Shown piece by piece: positions 1-10,132 of a stretch of 64,000 bases of DNA (positions are counted from its first letter, which is position 1; each line of letters starts with the position of its first letter). The notes beneath the pieces are model-generated. The model had not been told where the DNA came from, made no database searches, and worked only from the letters and a program-made list of their open reading frames with translations. This DNA is from an uncultured Pelagibacteraceae bacterium (GTDB lineage: Bacteria; Pseudomonadota; Alphaproteobacteria; Pelagibacterales; Pelagibacteraceae): positions 1,601-65,600 of the forward strand of contig CACABD010000001.1 of NCBI GenBank assembly GCA_902530715.1, read 5' to 3'. A program made the position numbers and the translations under genes.

Positions 1-559
1 CACAAAATTGATCTGATAAGGACATTGCAACTTTATTTGCATTAGTTATTGCCTTGTCAAAAGCTTTTTTAGGATCTCCCTCATCCCATAAATATCCCTC
101 TAAAAGAATAATCTCACTTTGTTTAATGGCATTTGTATCTACATCATTCTCGTTAATTTTGCCTGCTGTTCCAAGAAAAGTGCACATTGTTCTCTCTGAG
201 TCTGGTGTTACTAAAATTAAACAAGTACCTGTTGGTAAAGCCTCCTTTTTTTTTGAGTAAAAATATTTAACATTTTCTTGTTTAAGTCCTTCTTCATATT
301 TTCCACCTAGTTCATCATCACTCACTTTACCAATAAAACCAACTTTGTTCTTAAGTTGAGAAAGACCAACAATTGAATTTGCAACAGATCCACCCGAAAC
401 AGTTTTTTCAATTTTTAAATTTGATAATAGTATCTTAAATTCTTTTTCATCGAAAATAAGTTTCATCGTACTTTTAGTAAGACTATTTTTTTGAATGAAA
501 TCATCCTCAACTTTGCAAATAACATCTACAATTGCATTACCTATTCCTAATATTTTCAT
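1..559 (-). CDS. PfkB-family sugar/adenosine kinase (3' end runs off window)
   Basis: Hand translation from ATG 559: MKILGIGNAIVDVIC...VSGGSVANS...GFIGKVSDDELGG...PTGTCLILVTPDSERTMCTFLG; start overlaps tenA stop (TAATG). Confidence 0.85.
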   Translation of the reverse strand, partial: MKILGIGNAIVDVICKVEDDFIQKNSLTKSTMKLIFDEKEFKILLSNLKIEKTVSGGSVANSIVGLSQLKNKVGFIGKVSDDELGGKYEEGLKQENVKYFYSKKKEALPTGTCLILVTPDSERTMCTFLGTAGKINENDVDTNAIKQSEIILLEGYLWDEGDPKKAFDKAITNANKVAMSLSDQFC

Positions 560-1212
560 TATAAGCTCATTTGCCAAAACTCAGATTCGAGTACAGACGC
601 TTTTTTAAATACTTTTAACATAGTGTTAAATCCTATTTTTTCCCTCTCATTCAACTGATCTAAATATCTAATATTAGATTTTGCTAAACTTTGGTATTCT
701 TTTGATGCATACATTTTAATCCAGCTAGAATATTTTGATTTTTTCCAGTTTTTTTTTCTAGATAAATTATAACCTATCTCCCCGTAACCTATTATACAAG
801 GAGATAAAGCAATAAATAATTCTAATAATGATTTATTCAATCCAACAGTCATAACATAATTTGTATAATTTTGATTTGCTTTTTTTTCTTTAGTTCTGAG
901 AACTGTATTTCTCGATAAGTTAAACCTTTTGCAGTAATTGATATGTAATTTTATTTCATGTTTAATTCCTATGATGAAATCTATGGATCTATGCATATCA
1001 TCGATTGTTTTGGACCTAAAAGCTGCAACAGATAAAATTTTCATAAATCTTTGAAGAAAAATATAATCTTGTAATAAGTAGTCTTTGAAACTTTTATCAC
1101 TTAAACTCCCATCAGATAATTTTTTTACAAAATTGTGATTAATGTAACTGTTCCACTCTTTAATTGATTTTGATTTTAATTTAAAAAATAAAGTATTTTT
1201 ATTATTGTACAC
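559..1212 (-). CDS. tenA: TenA thiaminase II / aminopyrimidine aminohydrolase
   Basis: H-x-FV...YLLQDYIFL, catalytic-type PCIIGY, WIKMYAS, LESEFWQM. Confidence 0.85.
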   Translation of the reverse strand: MYNNKNTLFFKLKSKSIKEWNSYINHNFVKKLSDGSLSDKSFKDYLLQDYIFLQRFMKILSVAAFRSKTIDDMHRSIDFIIGIKHEIKLHINYCKRFNLSRNTVLRTKEKKANQNYTNYVMTVGLNKSLLELFIALSPCIIGYGEIGYNLSRKKNWKKSKYSSWIKMYASKEYQSLAKSNIRYLDQLNEREKIGFNTMLKVFKKASVLESEFWQMSL

Positions 1213-1217
1213 AATTA

Positions 1218-1886
1218 TTAAGCTTTTTTAGTTTTTATTTGTTTTTTCCTACCAGGATAGCAAGCAGTACAAATTTTACAAGTGACTCCATAACACTCTC
1301 GAGCCTTACAAAATTCTCTCCCATAAAAAATAATCTGTAAATGAAGTTTGTTCCAATACTTTTTTGGAAATAAACTTTTTAGATCTTTTTCAGTTTGAAC
1401 AACATTTTTACCATTGGTTAAACCCCACCTTTGAGCGAGCCTATGAATATGAGTATCAACTGGAAAAGCAGGGTAACCAAAACCTTGAGACATAACCACG
1501 CTTGCTGTTTTATGACCCACTCCAGGAAGTTCCTCTAATTGTTCGAAGGTACTTGGAACCTTACTATTATATTTGTCTACTAAAGTTTTAGACAAGTAGT
1601 AAATACTTTTGGCTTTCATTCTAAATATACCTATTCTCCTTATTAACTTCTCAATTTTTTTTCTGCCAAGTTTTACAAAATGAACTGGTTTGTAATATTT
1701 CGAATAAATATCTTTTGTTACATTATTAACATTCACATCTGTACATTGCGCAGATAAAAGCACAGAAATCAATAAAGTGAATAAATTTCTGCTTTCAAGT
1801 GGAACATTAATGCGTGGATAAGTTTTATTAAGTATTTTTAATACTATCTTAGCTCTTTTAATTTTTTCAGCATTTTTTGAACTCAT
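1218..1886 (-). CDS. nth: Endonuclease III
   Basis: LLSAQCTD, HhH LPGVGHKTA, VDTH, C-terminal 4Fe-4S Cys cluster. Confidence 0.95.
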   Translation of the reverse strand: MSSKNAEKIKRAKIVLKILNKTYPRINVPLESRNLFTLLISVLLSAQCTDVNVNNVTKDIYSKYYKPVHFVKLGRKKIEKLIRRIGIFRMKAKSIYYLSKTLVDKYNSKVPSTFEQLEELPGVGHKTASVVMSQGFGYPAFPVDTHIHRLAQRWGLTNGKNVVQTEKDLKSLFPKKYWNKLHLQIIFYGREFCKARECYGVTCKICTACYPGRKKQIKTKKA

Positions 1887-2656
1887 TTAAAGTTCAATAT
1901 ATCTCTCATTGAGTAAAGGCCTGATTTTTTTTTTATCAACCACTTTGCAGCAGTTAGAGCGCCCTCAGAGTATAAAGCTCTATCAAATGCCTCATGATTT
2001 AAAGTTATAATTTCTTTACCGTTAGAAAATTTTACCTCATGTTCACCAACTACTTCACCTTTTCTCATCGAATTAAAATTTATTTTTTTCCCGTAAGGAA
2101 AAGATTTTTTATTTAGATATTTTTTTCCAATCAATCTATTTAGATCTTTATTTTTTCCAATAGCTATTCCTTTTCCAAGCATCAAAGCTGTACCAGACGG
2201 ATGATCTTTTTTGTGTTTATGGTGCACTTCAAAAACTTTACTTAAGAAATTATCTCCAAGAGATTTGGAGGCAATTTCTGTTAAATACATCAATAAATTA
2301 ATCCCTAAGCTCATATTTCCAGCTTTTAGTATTGGAATTTTTTTAGAATATTTTTTTATTAAATTTTCTTGATTTTTAGTAAAACCGGTAGTGCCTATAA
2401 CAACTCTTTTTTTTAGTTTAGCAGCAATTTTAAGTACCTCCAGAGTACATTTGGGAACTGTAAAATCTATAATGACATTAGTTTTTTTGAAAGAATTAAC
2501 GTTATTAAATTCGGGTAAAATATTATTTATTTTTCTATTAATTTTAAAGTTTTCAGTGAGTGAAACTATTTTAAAGTTTTTATTTTTATTTGAGGACTTA
2601 ATAAGTTGTTGCCCCATCCTTCCCATACAGCCTGTAATAGTTAAATTTATTTTCAT
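1883..2656 (-). CDS. dapB: 4-hydroxy-tetrahydrodipicolinate reductase
   Basis: GCMGRMG, DFT, IGTTG, EVHHKHKKDHPSGTAL; likely start ATG 2656 (MKINLTITG) rather than 2689. Confidence 0.95.
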   Translation of the reverse strand: MKINLTITGCMGRMGQQLIKSSNKNKNFKIVSLTENFKINRKINNILPEFNNVNSFKKTNVIIDFTVPKCTLEVLKIAAKLKKRVVIGTTGFTKNQENLIKKYSKKIPILKAGNMSLGINLLMYLTEIASKSLGDNFLSKVFEVHHKHKKDHPSGTALMLGKGIAIGKNKDLNRLIGKKYLNKKSFPYGKKINFNSMRKGEVVGEHEVKFSNGKEIITLNHEAFDRALYSEGALTAAKWLIKKKSGLYSMRDILNFK

Positions 2657-2669
2657 ATAATGATTTTGT

Positions 2670-2684
2670 TGATAATGATTATCA
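2670..2684. promoter_or_regulatory. Fur-box-like operator 1
   Basis: TGATAAT-G-ATTATCA, perfect 7-1-7 inverted repeat. Confidence 0.7.
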
Positions 2685-2729
2685 TTCATAAAGATTTTTT
2701 TAAAGAGATGTTTTTAATTGGTTTTTTTG

Positions 2730-2749
2730 TGATAATGATAATCAATATT
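2730..2749. promoter_or_regulatory. Fur-box-like operator 2
   Basis: GATAATGATAATCAATATT (2731-2749), 17/19 match to the classical GATAATGATAATCATTATC box. Confidence 0.7.
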
Positions 2750-2795
2750 ATACGTTATTTCTTGAATAATATTTTTAATTTCTTATTTTAAATTC

Positions 2796-2975
2796 ATGCA
2801 AACACAAAAATTTAGTTGTAAAAAATGCGGATTAACTATTTCATCAGTATGCTCTAAATGCGATAGAGTTGTTGATGTAAAATTGCTTGATAGTGGTTGT
2901 TTAGTTCAAGTAACTAAATGTGGTGACTGCGCAAGTGTTCCAGTTATAAAAGATATCTGCACTGAAAATAATTAA
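2796..2975 (+). CDS. Small Cys-rich (putative metal-binding) protein, 59 aa, not in ORF track
   Basis: MQTQKFSCKKCGLTISSVCSKCDRVVDVKLLDSGCLVQVTKCGDCASVPVIKDICTENN; three CxxC motifs, 8 Cys; GC content above flanks. Confidence 0.7.
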   Translation: MQTQKFSCKKCGLTISSVCSKCDRVVDVKLLDSGCLVQVTKCGDCASVPVIKDICTENN

Positions 2976-2982
2976 TAATTAT

Positions 2983-3159
2983 TTATAATATAAAATATAT
3001 AAATATTAGTATTATAGCTATCACTACAATCCATATTGATAAATTCTTGATTAAAATCTTTAAGTTATAATTAGTTTGAATAAAACCAGGTAAAACTAGT
3101 ACAAGTACGCCTATTAAAGCTATTATTGGTACAATTACTTCAAGACTTATGAGATTCAC
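2983..3159 (-). CDS. Small two-helix membrane protein, 58 aa, not in ORF track
   Basis: GTG start 6 bp after dnaJ stop; MNLISLEVIVPIIALIGVLVLVLPGFIQTNYNLKILIKNLSIWIVVIAIILIFIYFIL. Confidence 0.65.
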   Translation of the reverse strand: MNLISLEVIVPIIALIGVLVLVLPGFIQTNYNLKILIKNLSIWIVVIAIILIFIYFIL

Positions 3160-3165
3160 TTTAAT

Positions 3166-4290
3166 TTAATTTTTCCAAATGTTTTTTGCTTTTTGAAAAA
3201 ACTTTTTAATACTCGGGTTAGACTTTTCATTTTCTATTTCTCTAAATTTTTCAAGAAGTTCTTTTTGTTCTTTATTAAGATTAATAGGGACTTCAGTATT
3301 TACTTGCACATATAAATCACCAACTCCACTATTTCTCATTAAAGGCATGCCTTTACCTTTTAAACGAAATTGTTTACCACTTTGAGTTCCAGAAGGAATT
3401 TTAATTTTTGCTTTTCCTCCATCAATAGTTGGTATCTCTATTGATGCTCCTAGTGCTGCATCTGCAATAGATATTGGGCATTCGAAAAATAAATTTTCTT
3501 CACTCCTTTTAAATAAATCATGCGAATAGACATTAATAAAAAGATAAAGATCTCCACTTGATGCACCTCTAGAGCCAGCTTCACCTTTTCCGGCTAATCT
3601 AATTCGAGTTCCATCGTCTACACCTTTTGGAATTGTTACTGATAATCTTTTTGAAGCTTGTTTTTTTCCTTGTCCACCACAAGCATCACACGGGTCAGTA
3701 ATTTGTTCACCTGTACCTGAACATTGAGGGCATGTTTGTTGAACTGTAAAAAAACCCTGGCTTGACCTTACTTGACCACTACCTCCGCACGTTGAGCACG
3801 ATCCAACACTTGTACCTGGTTTTGAACCACTACCATTACAAATTTGACATTTTTCAGAAGTTGAAAATTTTATGTCTTGTTTTTTTCCTGTGTAAGCTTC
3901 TTCAAGTGAAATAGATAAATCATATCTTAAATCAGATCCTCTAAAATTTGATTTTCGATTTCTTCTACTACCTCCACCAAAATCACTAAAAAAATCTTCA
4001 AATATATCTGAGAAATGACCAGAAAAATCAAAGTTACTAAAACCTCCTCTTCCTCCACCTCCATTCTCAAATGCGGCATGACCAAAATTATCATAATTTT
4101 GTTTTCGCTCCGCATTTGATAGAATGTGATATGCTTCCGATGCTTCTTTGAACTTTTCTTCAGAAGCTTTATCACCTTTATTTTTGTCTGGATGATGTTT
4201 TACAGCAAGTTTTCTATATGCCGCTTTTATTTGATCTGCTGATGCTGATTTATTTACACCTAAGATCTCATAGTAATCTCTTTTTGCCAT
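3166..4290 (-). CDS. dnaJ: Chaperone DnaJ
   Basis: J domain HPD, G/F region, four CxxCxGxG repeats. Confidence 0.98.
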   Translation of the reverse strand: MAKRDYYEILGVNKSASADQIKAAYRKLAVKHHPDKNKGDKASEEKFKEASEAYHILSNAERKQNYDNFGHAAFENGGGGRGGFSNFDFSGHFSDIFEDFFSDFGGGSRRNRKSNFRGSDLRYDLSISLEEAYTGKKQDIKFSTSEKCQICNGSGSKPGTSVGSCSTCGGSGQVRSSQGFFTVQQTCPQCSGTGEQITDPCDACGGQGKKQASKRLSVTIPKGVDDGTRIRLAGKGEAGSRGASSGDLYLFINVYSHDLFKRSEENLFFECPISIADAALGASIEIPTIDGGKAKIKIPSGTQSGKQFRLKGKGMPLMRNSGVGDLYVQVNTEVPINLNKEQKELLEKFREIENEKSNPSIKKFFQKAKNIWKN

Positions 4291-4318
4291 AACTAATTAG
4301 ACAAATAGTTGTTAGCTC

Positions 4319-6241
4319 TTAGGCACTTTTTTCTTTATTCTCGTCTTTTACTTCCTCAAAGTCTGCGTCAACAACGTTATCGTCTTTTTTTCCCTCTTCT
4401 TTTTTATCTTTTGCACCATCATCTGGTTTAGCGCTTTGTTGTGACTTATAGATAGCTTCACCTAATTTCATAGATGCTTGAACTAAATCTTGTGTCTTCT
4501 TTTTAAGATCTTCTAAATCAGTTCCTTTTAAAGAGTTTCTTAAATCTGAGCACGCTGTTTCGATAGCTTTTTTGTCTGTTTCGGAAACTTTACTACCGTG
4601 TTCTTTTAAGTTTTTCTCAGTCGAATGTAATAAAGTATCTGCTTGATTTCTTGCATCGACAGCTTCCCTTTTCTTTTTGTCAGCATCTTTATTAGCTTCT
4701 GCTTCTTTAACCATTTTATTAATTTCTTCCTCGCTTAAACCACCTGATGCTTGGATCTGAATTTTTTGTTCTTTACCAGTTCCTTTATCTTTAGCAGACA
4801 CATTAACTATACCGTTTGCATCAATATCAAACGTAACTTCAATTTGAGGCACCCCTCTAGGAGCAGGCGCAATTCCAACTAATTCAAAATTACCTAAAAC
4901 TTTGTTGTCTGATGCCATTTCTCTTTCACCTTGAAGAACTCTAATAGATACAGCTGGCTGATTATCTTCAGCTGTTGAAAAAACTTGGCTTTTCTTAGTT
5001 GGTATAGTTGTATTCTTATCAATTAATTTTGTTGATACTCCTCCTAGTGTTTCAATTCCAAGAGATAAAGGTGTAACGTCTAACAGCAGGACATCTTTGA
5101 CATCACCTTGTAATACACCAGCTTGTATAGCTGCACCCATAGCAACAACCTCATCAGGGTTTACAGATTTATTAGGTTCTTTTCCAAAAAAGTTTTTAAC
5201 CTCTTCTATAATTTTTGGCATTCTAGTCATTCCACCAACTAGCACTATCTCATCGATTTCACTCGCTGAAAGACCAGCATCTTTAAGAGCAGTTTCGCAT
5301 GGTGGCATAGTTCTTTTGATCAAATCTTCAACAAGGGCCTCTAATTTTGCTCTAGTCATTTTCAAATTTATGTGTTTAGGACCAGTTTTGTCCGCTGTAA
5401 TAAAAGGAAGATTTATCTCTGTTTGTGCTGCTGATGAAAGCTCAATTTTCGCTTTTTCTGCTGCCTCCTTTAATCTTTGAAGCGCAAGCTTATCAGATTT
5501 CAAATCTATTCCACTATCTTTTTTAAACTCTGATAATAAATATTCAACAATTGTATTATCAAAATCCTCCCCGCCTAAAAAAGTATCACCGTTCGTAGAT
5601 TTAACTTCAAAAACACCATCGCCCAATTCAAGTATCGAAACATCAAAAGTTCCACCACCTAAATCATATACTGCAATTTTCTTGTTGGTTTTTTTATCCA
5701 AACCATAAGCAAGAGATGCTGCGGTAGGTTCATTAATAATTCTTAGAACCTCTAAACCTGCAATTTTTCCAGCATCTTTAGTCGCTTGCCTTTGTGCATC
5801 ATTAAAATACGCTGGTACAGTAATTACAGCTTTTTTTACTTCTTGTCCTAAATATTTTTCTGCAGTCTCCTTCATCTTTTGAAGAATAAAAGCTGAAATT
5901 TGAGAGGGAGAATATTTATTTCCTTTGGCCTCGATCCATGCATCACTTTTATCTGAATTCACTATTTTAAAAGGAGATGTTTCTATATCTTTTTTTACTG
6001 ATGGATCGTCAAAATTTCTTCCAATTAATCTTTTAACAGCGAATACAGTATTTTCTGGATTGGTTACAGCTTGTCTTTTAGCTGGTTGTCCAATCAACTT
6101 TTCATCATTGTCAGTAAATGCAACAACTGATGGTGTAGTTCTTGCACCTTCAGCATTTTCTAAAACTTTAGCTTGCGTACCATCCATAATTGCTACACAA
6201 GAGTTTGTTGTCCCTAAATCTATTCCTATCACTTTACTCAT
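4319..6241 (-). CDS. dnaK: Chaperone DnaK
   Basis: [26 protein letters not shown]. Confidence 0.99.
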   Translation of the reverse strand: MSKVIGIDLGTTNSCVAIMDGTQAKVLENAEGARTTPSVVAFTDNDEKLIGQPAKRQAVTNPENTVFAVKRLIGRNFDDPSVKKDIETSPFKIVNSDKSDAWIEAKGNKYSPSQISAFILQKMKETAEKYLGQEVKKAVITVPAYFNDAQRQATKDAGKIAGLEVLRIINEPTAASLAYGLDKKTNKKIAVYDLGGGTFDVSILELGDGVFEVKSTNGDTFLGGEDFDNTIVEYLLSEFKKDSGIDLKSDKLALQRLKEAAEKAKIELSSAAQTEINLPFITADKTGPKHINLKMTRAKLEALVEDLIKRTMPPCETALKDAGLSASEIDEIVLVGGMTRMPKIIEEVKNFFGKEPNKSVNPDEVVAMGAAIQAGVLQGDVKDVLLLDVTPLSLGIETLGGVSTKLIDKNTTIPTKKSQVFSTAEDNQPAVSIRVLQGEREMASDNKVLGNFELVGIAPAPRGVPQIEVTFDIDANGIVNVSAKDKGTGKEQKIQIQASGGLSEEEINKMVKEAEANKDADKKKREAVDARNQADTLLHSTEKNLKEHGSKVSETDKKAIETACSDLRNSLKGTDLEDLKKKTQDLVQASMKLGEAIYKSQQSAKPDDGAKDKKEEGKKDDNVVDADFEEVKDENKEKSA

Positions 6242-6261
6242 AATTTTAATTTATACATGTC

Positions 6262-6289
6262 ATATAAGTGTTAAATTTTAATCTACAAG
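6262..6289 (-). promoter_or_regulatory. RpoH (sigma32)-type promoter of dnaK
   Basis: Minus strand CTTG-N17-CTTATAT fits the alphaproteobacterial CTTG-N17-CYTATNT consensus. Confidence 0.7.
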
Positions 6290-6301
6290 TTATAACTAAT
6301 A

Positions 6302-6898
6302 TTAATTTTTATCCTTTTTTTGTTGTTTTTCCTCATTTTTTTGAGGTTTTTTTGAAACGCCAACTAACGAAGGTCTGAGCAAACGTCCTTTTAACTTAAA
6401 TCCTTTTTGAATTTCTTGAACGATTATACCTTGTTCCTTGTCTGCATCCTCAATCTCAAGCATTGCCTGGTGTTTGTTTGGATCCAATTTTTCCCCTAAA
6501 GCAGAAATTTCTTCAATTTGATTTTTCTTAAAAATTGACAATATATCTTTATATATAATATCAAGATGTTCTATTATTTTGTCTTTGTTATTTTTTTCAA
6601 GACTTTCATCATTAATGATAGATAATTTCGATCTTTCCAAATTGTCTGTAAGATTTAAGCACTCTTTTGCGAGTGATATACCTCCAAACTCGTATGCTTC
6701 ATCTTTTTCCTTTTCATACCTTCTTCTTTGATTTTCTAATTCAGCATAACTTCTGGTTAATTTATCTTCAGTCTCCCTTAGTTTATCTTCTGTAGATAGC
6801 TCTTTGTCTAGGTCTTTTTCGGAGTTGTTTTCATCACTTATAGCCCCCTCTTTATTTTCATTTTCTACTTCTAAAGTATTTTCGTTATCTTTTTCCAT
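6302..6898 (-). CDS. grpE: Nucleotide exchange factor GrpE
   Basis: AELENQRRR, DPNKHQA, QKGFKLKGRLLRPSLVGV; adjacent to dnaK. Confidence 0.95.
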   Translation of the reverse strand: MEKDNENTLEVENENKEGAISDENNSEKDLDKELSTEDKLRETEDKLTRSYAELENQRRRYEKEKDEAYEFGGISLAKECLNLTDNLERSKLSIINDESLEKNNKDKIIEHLDIIYKDILSIFKKNQIEEISALGEKLDPNKHQAMLEIEDADKEQGIIVQEIQKGFKLKGRLLRPSLVGVSKKPQKNEEKQQKKDKN

Positions 6899-6934
6899 AG
6901 CTATTTATATGGTATGTAAAATAAATATTTCTAG

Positions 6935-7537
6935 ATGAAACCAAAAAAAATTTCGCAACTGTTAATTGGCACTAATAACAAGGGTAAATTAAGAGAAATC
7001 AAAGCTTTATTACCAAAAAAAATTAGAATTTTCTCTACATCTGACTTTAATTTAAAAAGCCCGAAAGAGAATGGAAATACATTTAAGGAAAATTCCCTTA
7101 TAAAAGCAAAGTTTTTTTCTAAAAAAAGTAATAAAATTTGTATGTCAGACGATTCTGGCTTAGAAATAAAACTTTTAAATAATCAACCTGGCATTTATTC
7201 AGCGCGCTGGGGAGGAAAAAAAAATAATTTTAATTTAGCCATTGAGAAAGTATTTAAAAAACTAAATAAAAAAGTTCCAAATTGGAAAAACAAAAAAATA
7301 AAAGCTAAATTTATTTGCGCGTTAACAATTTATTGGCCAAGTGGAAAATACAAAACAACAATCGGTAAAATCGAAGGGAGAATATCAAATATTAAAGTTG
7401 GTAAAAAAGGTTTTGGATATGATCCAATTTTTATTCCAATTGGATCAAAGAAAACATTTGGTCAGATTACACCAAAAAAAAAATATAGAATAGACCACAG
7501 ATACAAAGCTTTTCAAAAAATTAAAAAATTTTTATAA
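6935..7537 (+). CDS. rdgB: Non-canonical purine NTP pyrophosphatase
   Basis: TNNKGKLRE, DDSGL, PGIYSARW, GFGYDPIF, DHR. Confidence 0.95.
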   Translation: MKPKKISQLLIGTNNKGKLREIKALLPKKIRIFSTSDFNLKSPKENGNTFKENSLIKAKFFSKKSNKICMSDDSGLEIKLLNNQPGIYSARWGGKKNNFNLAIEKVFKKLNKKVPNWKNKKIKAKFICALTIYWPSGKYKTTIGKIEGRISNIKVGKKGFGYDPIFIPIGSKKTFGQITPKKKYRIDHRYKAFQKIKKFL

Positions 7538-8672
7538 ACTTACCATTTTCAACCTTATAGAAATTTAGGACATGACTAATTTTTTTATTTTTAATTTCAA
7601 ATATTCCCGTTTTGCCTTTGAAAACGTTTGTTTTATTAAAAATTTTATCTATGTCTTCTAAATTATTTTTTTTTGTAAGATAATAAACTAGTCCAACTAA
7701 ATCATAACTTAAAAATGAAATTTGATTTGGATAACTATTAAATTTTTTAAAATATAAATTAGAGAAGTTATCGTAATTTTTTTTGTTAATCGATGGGAAA
7801 TAAATATTTTTCGAGCTATCTTCTTTTAATAAACTTTCATCAAACCATTGATTAAGAGTTATAAAATAAACTTTTTTTGTGGATACATCTGTGTAAATAA
7901 GTGATGTTATTACACTTTTTAACGACTCATCAAAATCTGAAATTATAACTGAGTCAAAACCTAATTTCCCTAATGTATCTCTTTTTTCAAGATTTTTTAT
8001 TTTCTTTTTTTTATTTGGATCATCAGAATTTTCAACTCTCTTAATTTCATCTAGTAGATTTTGTTTTCTAACATCATACCTCGTAATTTTTTCAATTCTT
8101 TTTGTGATCTCTGTTGGTTTAGTGTCATAAAAATAAACTTTTTTTAAATTAATTTTTGTCTGGGAAATTCCTTTTGTAATCTCTTCCTTGAAATCACCTT
8201 CAGGTATAAGACAAATAGTTTCTTTGATATCATTGTCTGTAAGAAATTTTTTTATTGTAGCGATCTGTGAAGTTGCATTAACACCTGCGTAAATTAAATT
8301 TTTTTGATTATTTTTGTTTTTGTTCGAAAAGGTTATAAATATTGCATCACTAAATTTTTTCAAATTTTTTATATTCTTATCAAAAATAGGTCCAATAAAT
8401 ATTCTTATACCTTGATTATATAATTCTTGTGCTGCTTTTACATTATCGCCAGGATTATCAAAATTATTTTTTGGATAAATTTCTAAAATCGGATCATCTA
8501 TTTTATTAATTGCTAGATTTACAGACCTCAATACTGATTTTCCAATATCCTGGTTTTGTCCACTTAAAGGCAACAATAAACCGATTTTGATCTTTTCCTC
8601 AGATGCAAAAAGTTTTTCTGAGAAATTGAAAATTATGAATACAAAAAATATTAAATTAAGTAATTTTTTCAT
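7521..8672 (-). CDS. Periplasmic-binding-fold protein (LppC/LpoA-like PBP activator)
   Basis: Signal peptide, KIGLLLPLSG, IGPIF, FKGKTGIF; divergent from rsmI as usual for this family. Confidence 0.65.
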   Translation of the reverse strand: MKKLLNLIFFVFIIFNFSEKLFASEEKIKIGLLLPLSGQNQDIGKSVLRSVNLAINKIDDPILEIYPKNNFDNPGDNVKAAQELYNQGIRIFIGPIFDKNIKNLKKFSDAIFITFSNKNKNNQKNLIYAGVNATSQIATIKKFLTDNDIKETICLIPEGDFKEEITKGISQTKINLKKVYFYDTKPTEITKRIEKITRYDVRKQNLLDEIKRVENSDDPNKKKKIKNLEKRDTLGKLGFDSVIISDFDESLKSVITSLIYTDVSTKKVYFITLNQWFDESLLKEDSSKNIYFPSINKKNYDNFSNLYFKKFNSYPNQISFLSYDLVGLVYYLTKKNNLEDIDKIFNKTNVFKGKTGIFEIKNKKISHVLNFYKVENGKFIKIF

Positions 8673-8700
8673 ATTATTTATTATATAATAAAATTTTAAT

Positions 8701-9546
8701 TTGATGATATCACAATCACAAAAAAAAGGGCTTTATCTAGTTTCTACACCTATAGGAAACTTAGGTGATTTAACAATTAGAGCTCTAGAAATTCTCAAAA
8801 ATTCAGAATTAATTTTGTGTGAAGATACTCGTGTATCCATAAAACTTTTGAATCACTACAACATAAAAACTCGACTTATTTCATTTCATAAATTTAATGA
8901 AAAAAAAAAGACCAAAGAGATAATAAATGACTTGTTGAGTGGCAAAAAAGTATCACTTATTTCTGATGCAGGAACTCCAGCAATATCAGATCCAGGAAAA
9001 ATATTAGTGAAAGAATGTATAAGTAATGATATTCCAGTCACTCCAATACCAGGTGCTTCGTCTGTCATAACTTCGTTATCAATAAGTGGTTTTTCAGACA
9101 AATTTATTTTTTATGGTTTTTTAGAGGAAAAAAAAAATAAATTAATTAAAGAATTACAATTTCTTTCCAAAATTGATTGTTCAATAGTTATATTTATTCC
9201 CCCAAAAAAATTGATCAAAAATTTAGAAACGGTAATAAATTATTTTAACAAAAGAGAAGTTGTTCTTTGTAGAGAAATGACAAAAATACATGAAGAATTT
9301 ATCAGATGTAATGTTGAGAATTTAAAAGAAGTTAAAATATATGATAAAGGAGAACTCACAATTGTTATTTCGGAGATTAAAGAAAGCACAAAACTTTTTA
9401 GTTTTTTGACCGAATCTGATAAGAAAATCATAAAAAAGATGATAAAAAAAAAAAGTATAAAAGATATCATTAAAAAGTTTACTAATAAAAAAATACCAAA
9501 AAAAATGATCTACAATTTTTGTCTAAAACTCAAAAACGATGAATAA
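8701..9546 (+). CDS. rsmI: 16S rRNA C1402 2'-O-methyltransferase
   Basis: LYLVSTPIGNLGD, CEDTR, SDAGTPAISDPG, REMTKIHEE. Confidence 0.95.
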   Translation: MMISQSQKKGLYLVSTPIGNLGDLTIRALEILKNSELILCEDTRVSIKLLNHYNIKTRLISFHKFNEKKKTKEIINDLLSGKKVSLISDAGTPAISDPGKILVKECISNDIPVTPIPGASSVITSLSISGFSDKFIFYGFLEEKKNKLIKELQFLSKIDCSIVIFIPPKKLIKNLETVINYFNKREVVLCREMTKIHEEFIRCNVENLKEVKIYDKGELTIVISEIKESTKLFSFLTESDKKIIKKMIKKKSIKDIIKKFTNKKIPKKMIYNFCLKLKNDE

Positions 9547-10132
9547 GAATTTTTATTTTTTTCTATTATTGCTTATTTTTTTAAATAATTGTTCAGGTAC
9601 TAGTTCGCGAGGCTTGTTTGGAACAGGAGTTTCAGTAGCAATTGACCCAAGATCTTTAGGAACACAAATAGATGACTCTATTATGGAAAAAAACTTAACA
9701 ACCAGACTCACAATAGAAGAAAAGAAATATTTTTTATCTATCAAAACAAAAGTTTTAGACGGTAGAATATTTATTACTGGCAGGGTCGATAATCCAGAAG
9801 AAAAGTTAAAAATTACGAAAATTGCGTGGGAAACTAATGGAGTTAGATCTGTAAGAAATGATATAAAAATTAAAGAAAAATTCAATTTTAAACAATCAGC
9901 TAAAGATACATTAATAACTTCTCAGTTAAGGGCTGCTTTAATCGTAAATAAAAATATAAAGTCAAACAACTATCAAATAAATACTTATAAAAAAAATATT
10001 TATATCTATGGAATAGCAAGAAATAGAGATGAGTTGGAAATAGTTGTTGATGAAGCAAATTCTATTTTAGATGTGAATAAAGTTATTGCCAGTATCCTCT
10101 TAGTAGAAGATTTAAGAATTCAAAAAGATTAA
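9539..10132 (+). CDS. BON-domain lipoprotein (DolP/YraP-like)
   Basis: Lipobox-like LNNC, DPRSLGTQIDD, two BON repeats. Confidence 0.8.
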   Translation: MNKNFYFFLLLLIFLNNCSGTSSRGLFGTGVSVAIDPRSLGTQIDDSIMEKNLTTRLTIEEKKYFLSIKTKVLDGRIFITGRVDNPEEKLKITKIAWETNGVRSVRNDIKIKEKFNFKQSAKDTLITSQLRAALIVNKNIKSNNYQINTYKKNIYIYGIARNRDELEIVVDEANSILDVNKVIASILLVEDLRIQKD

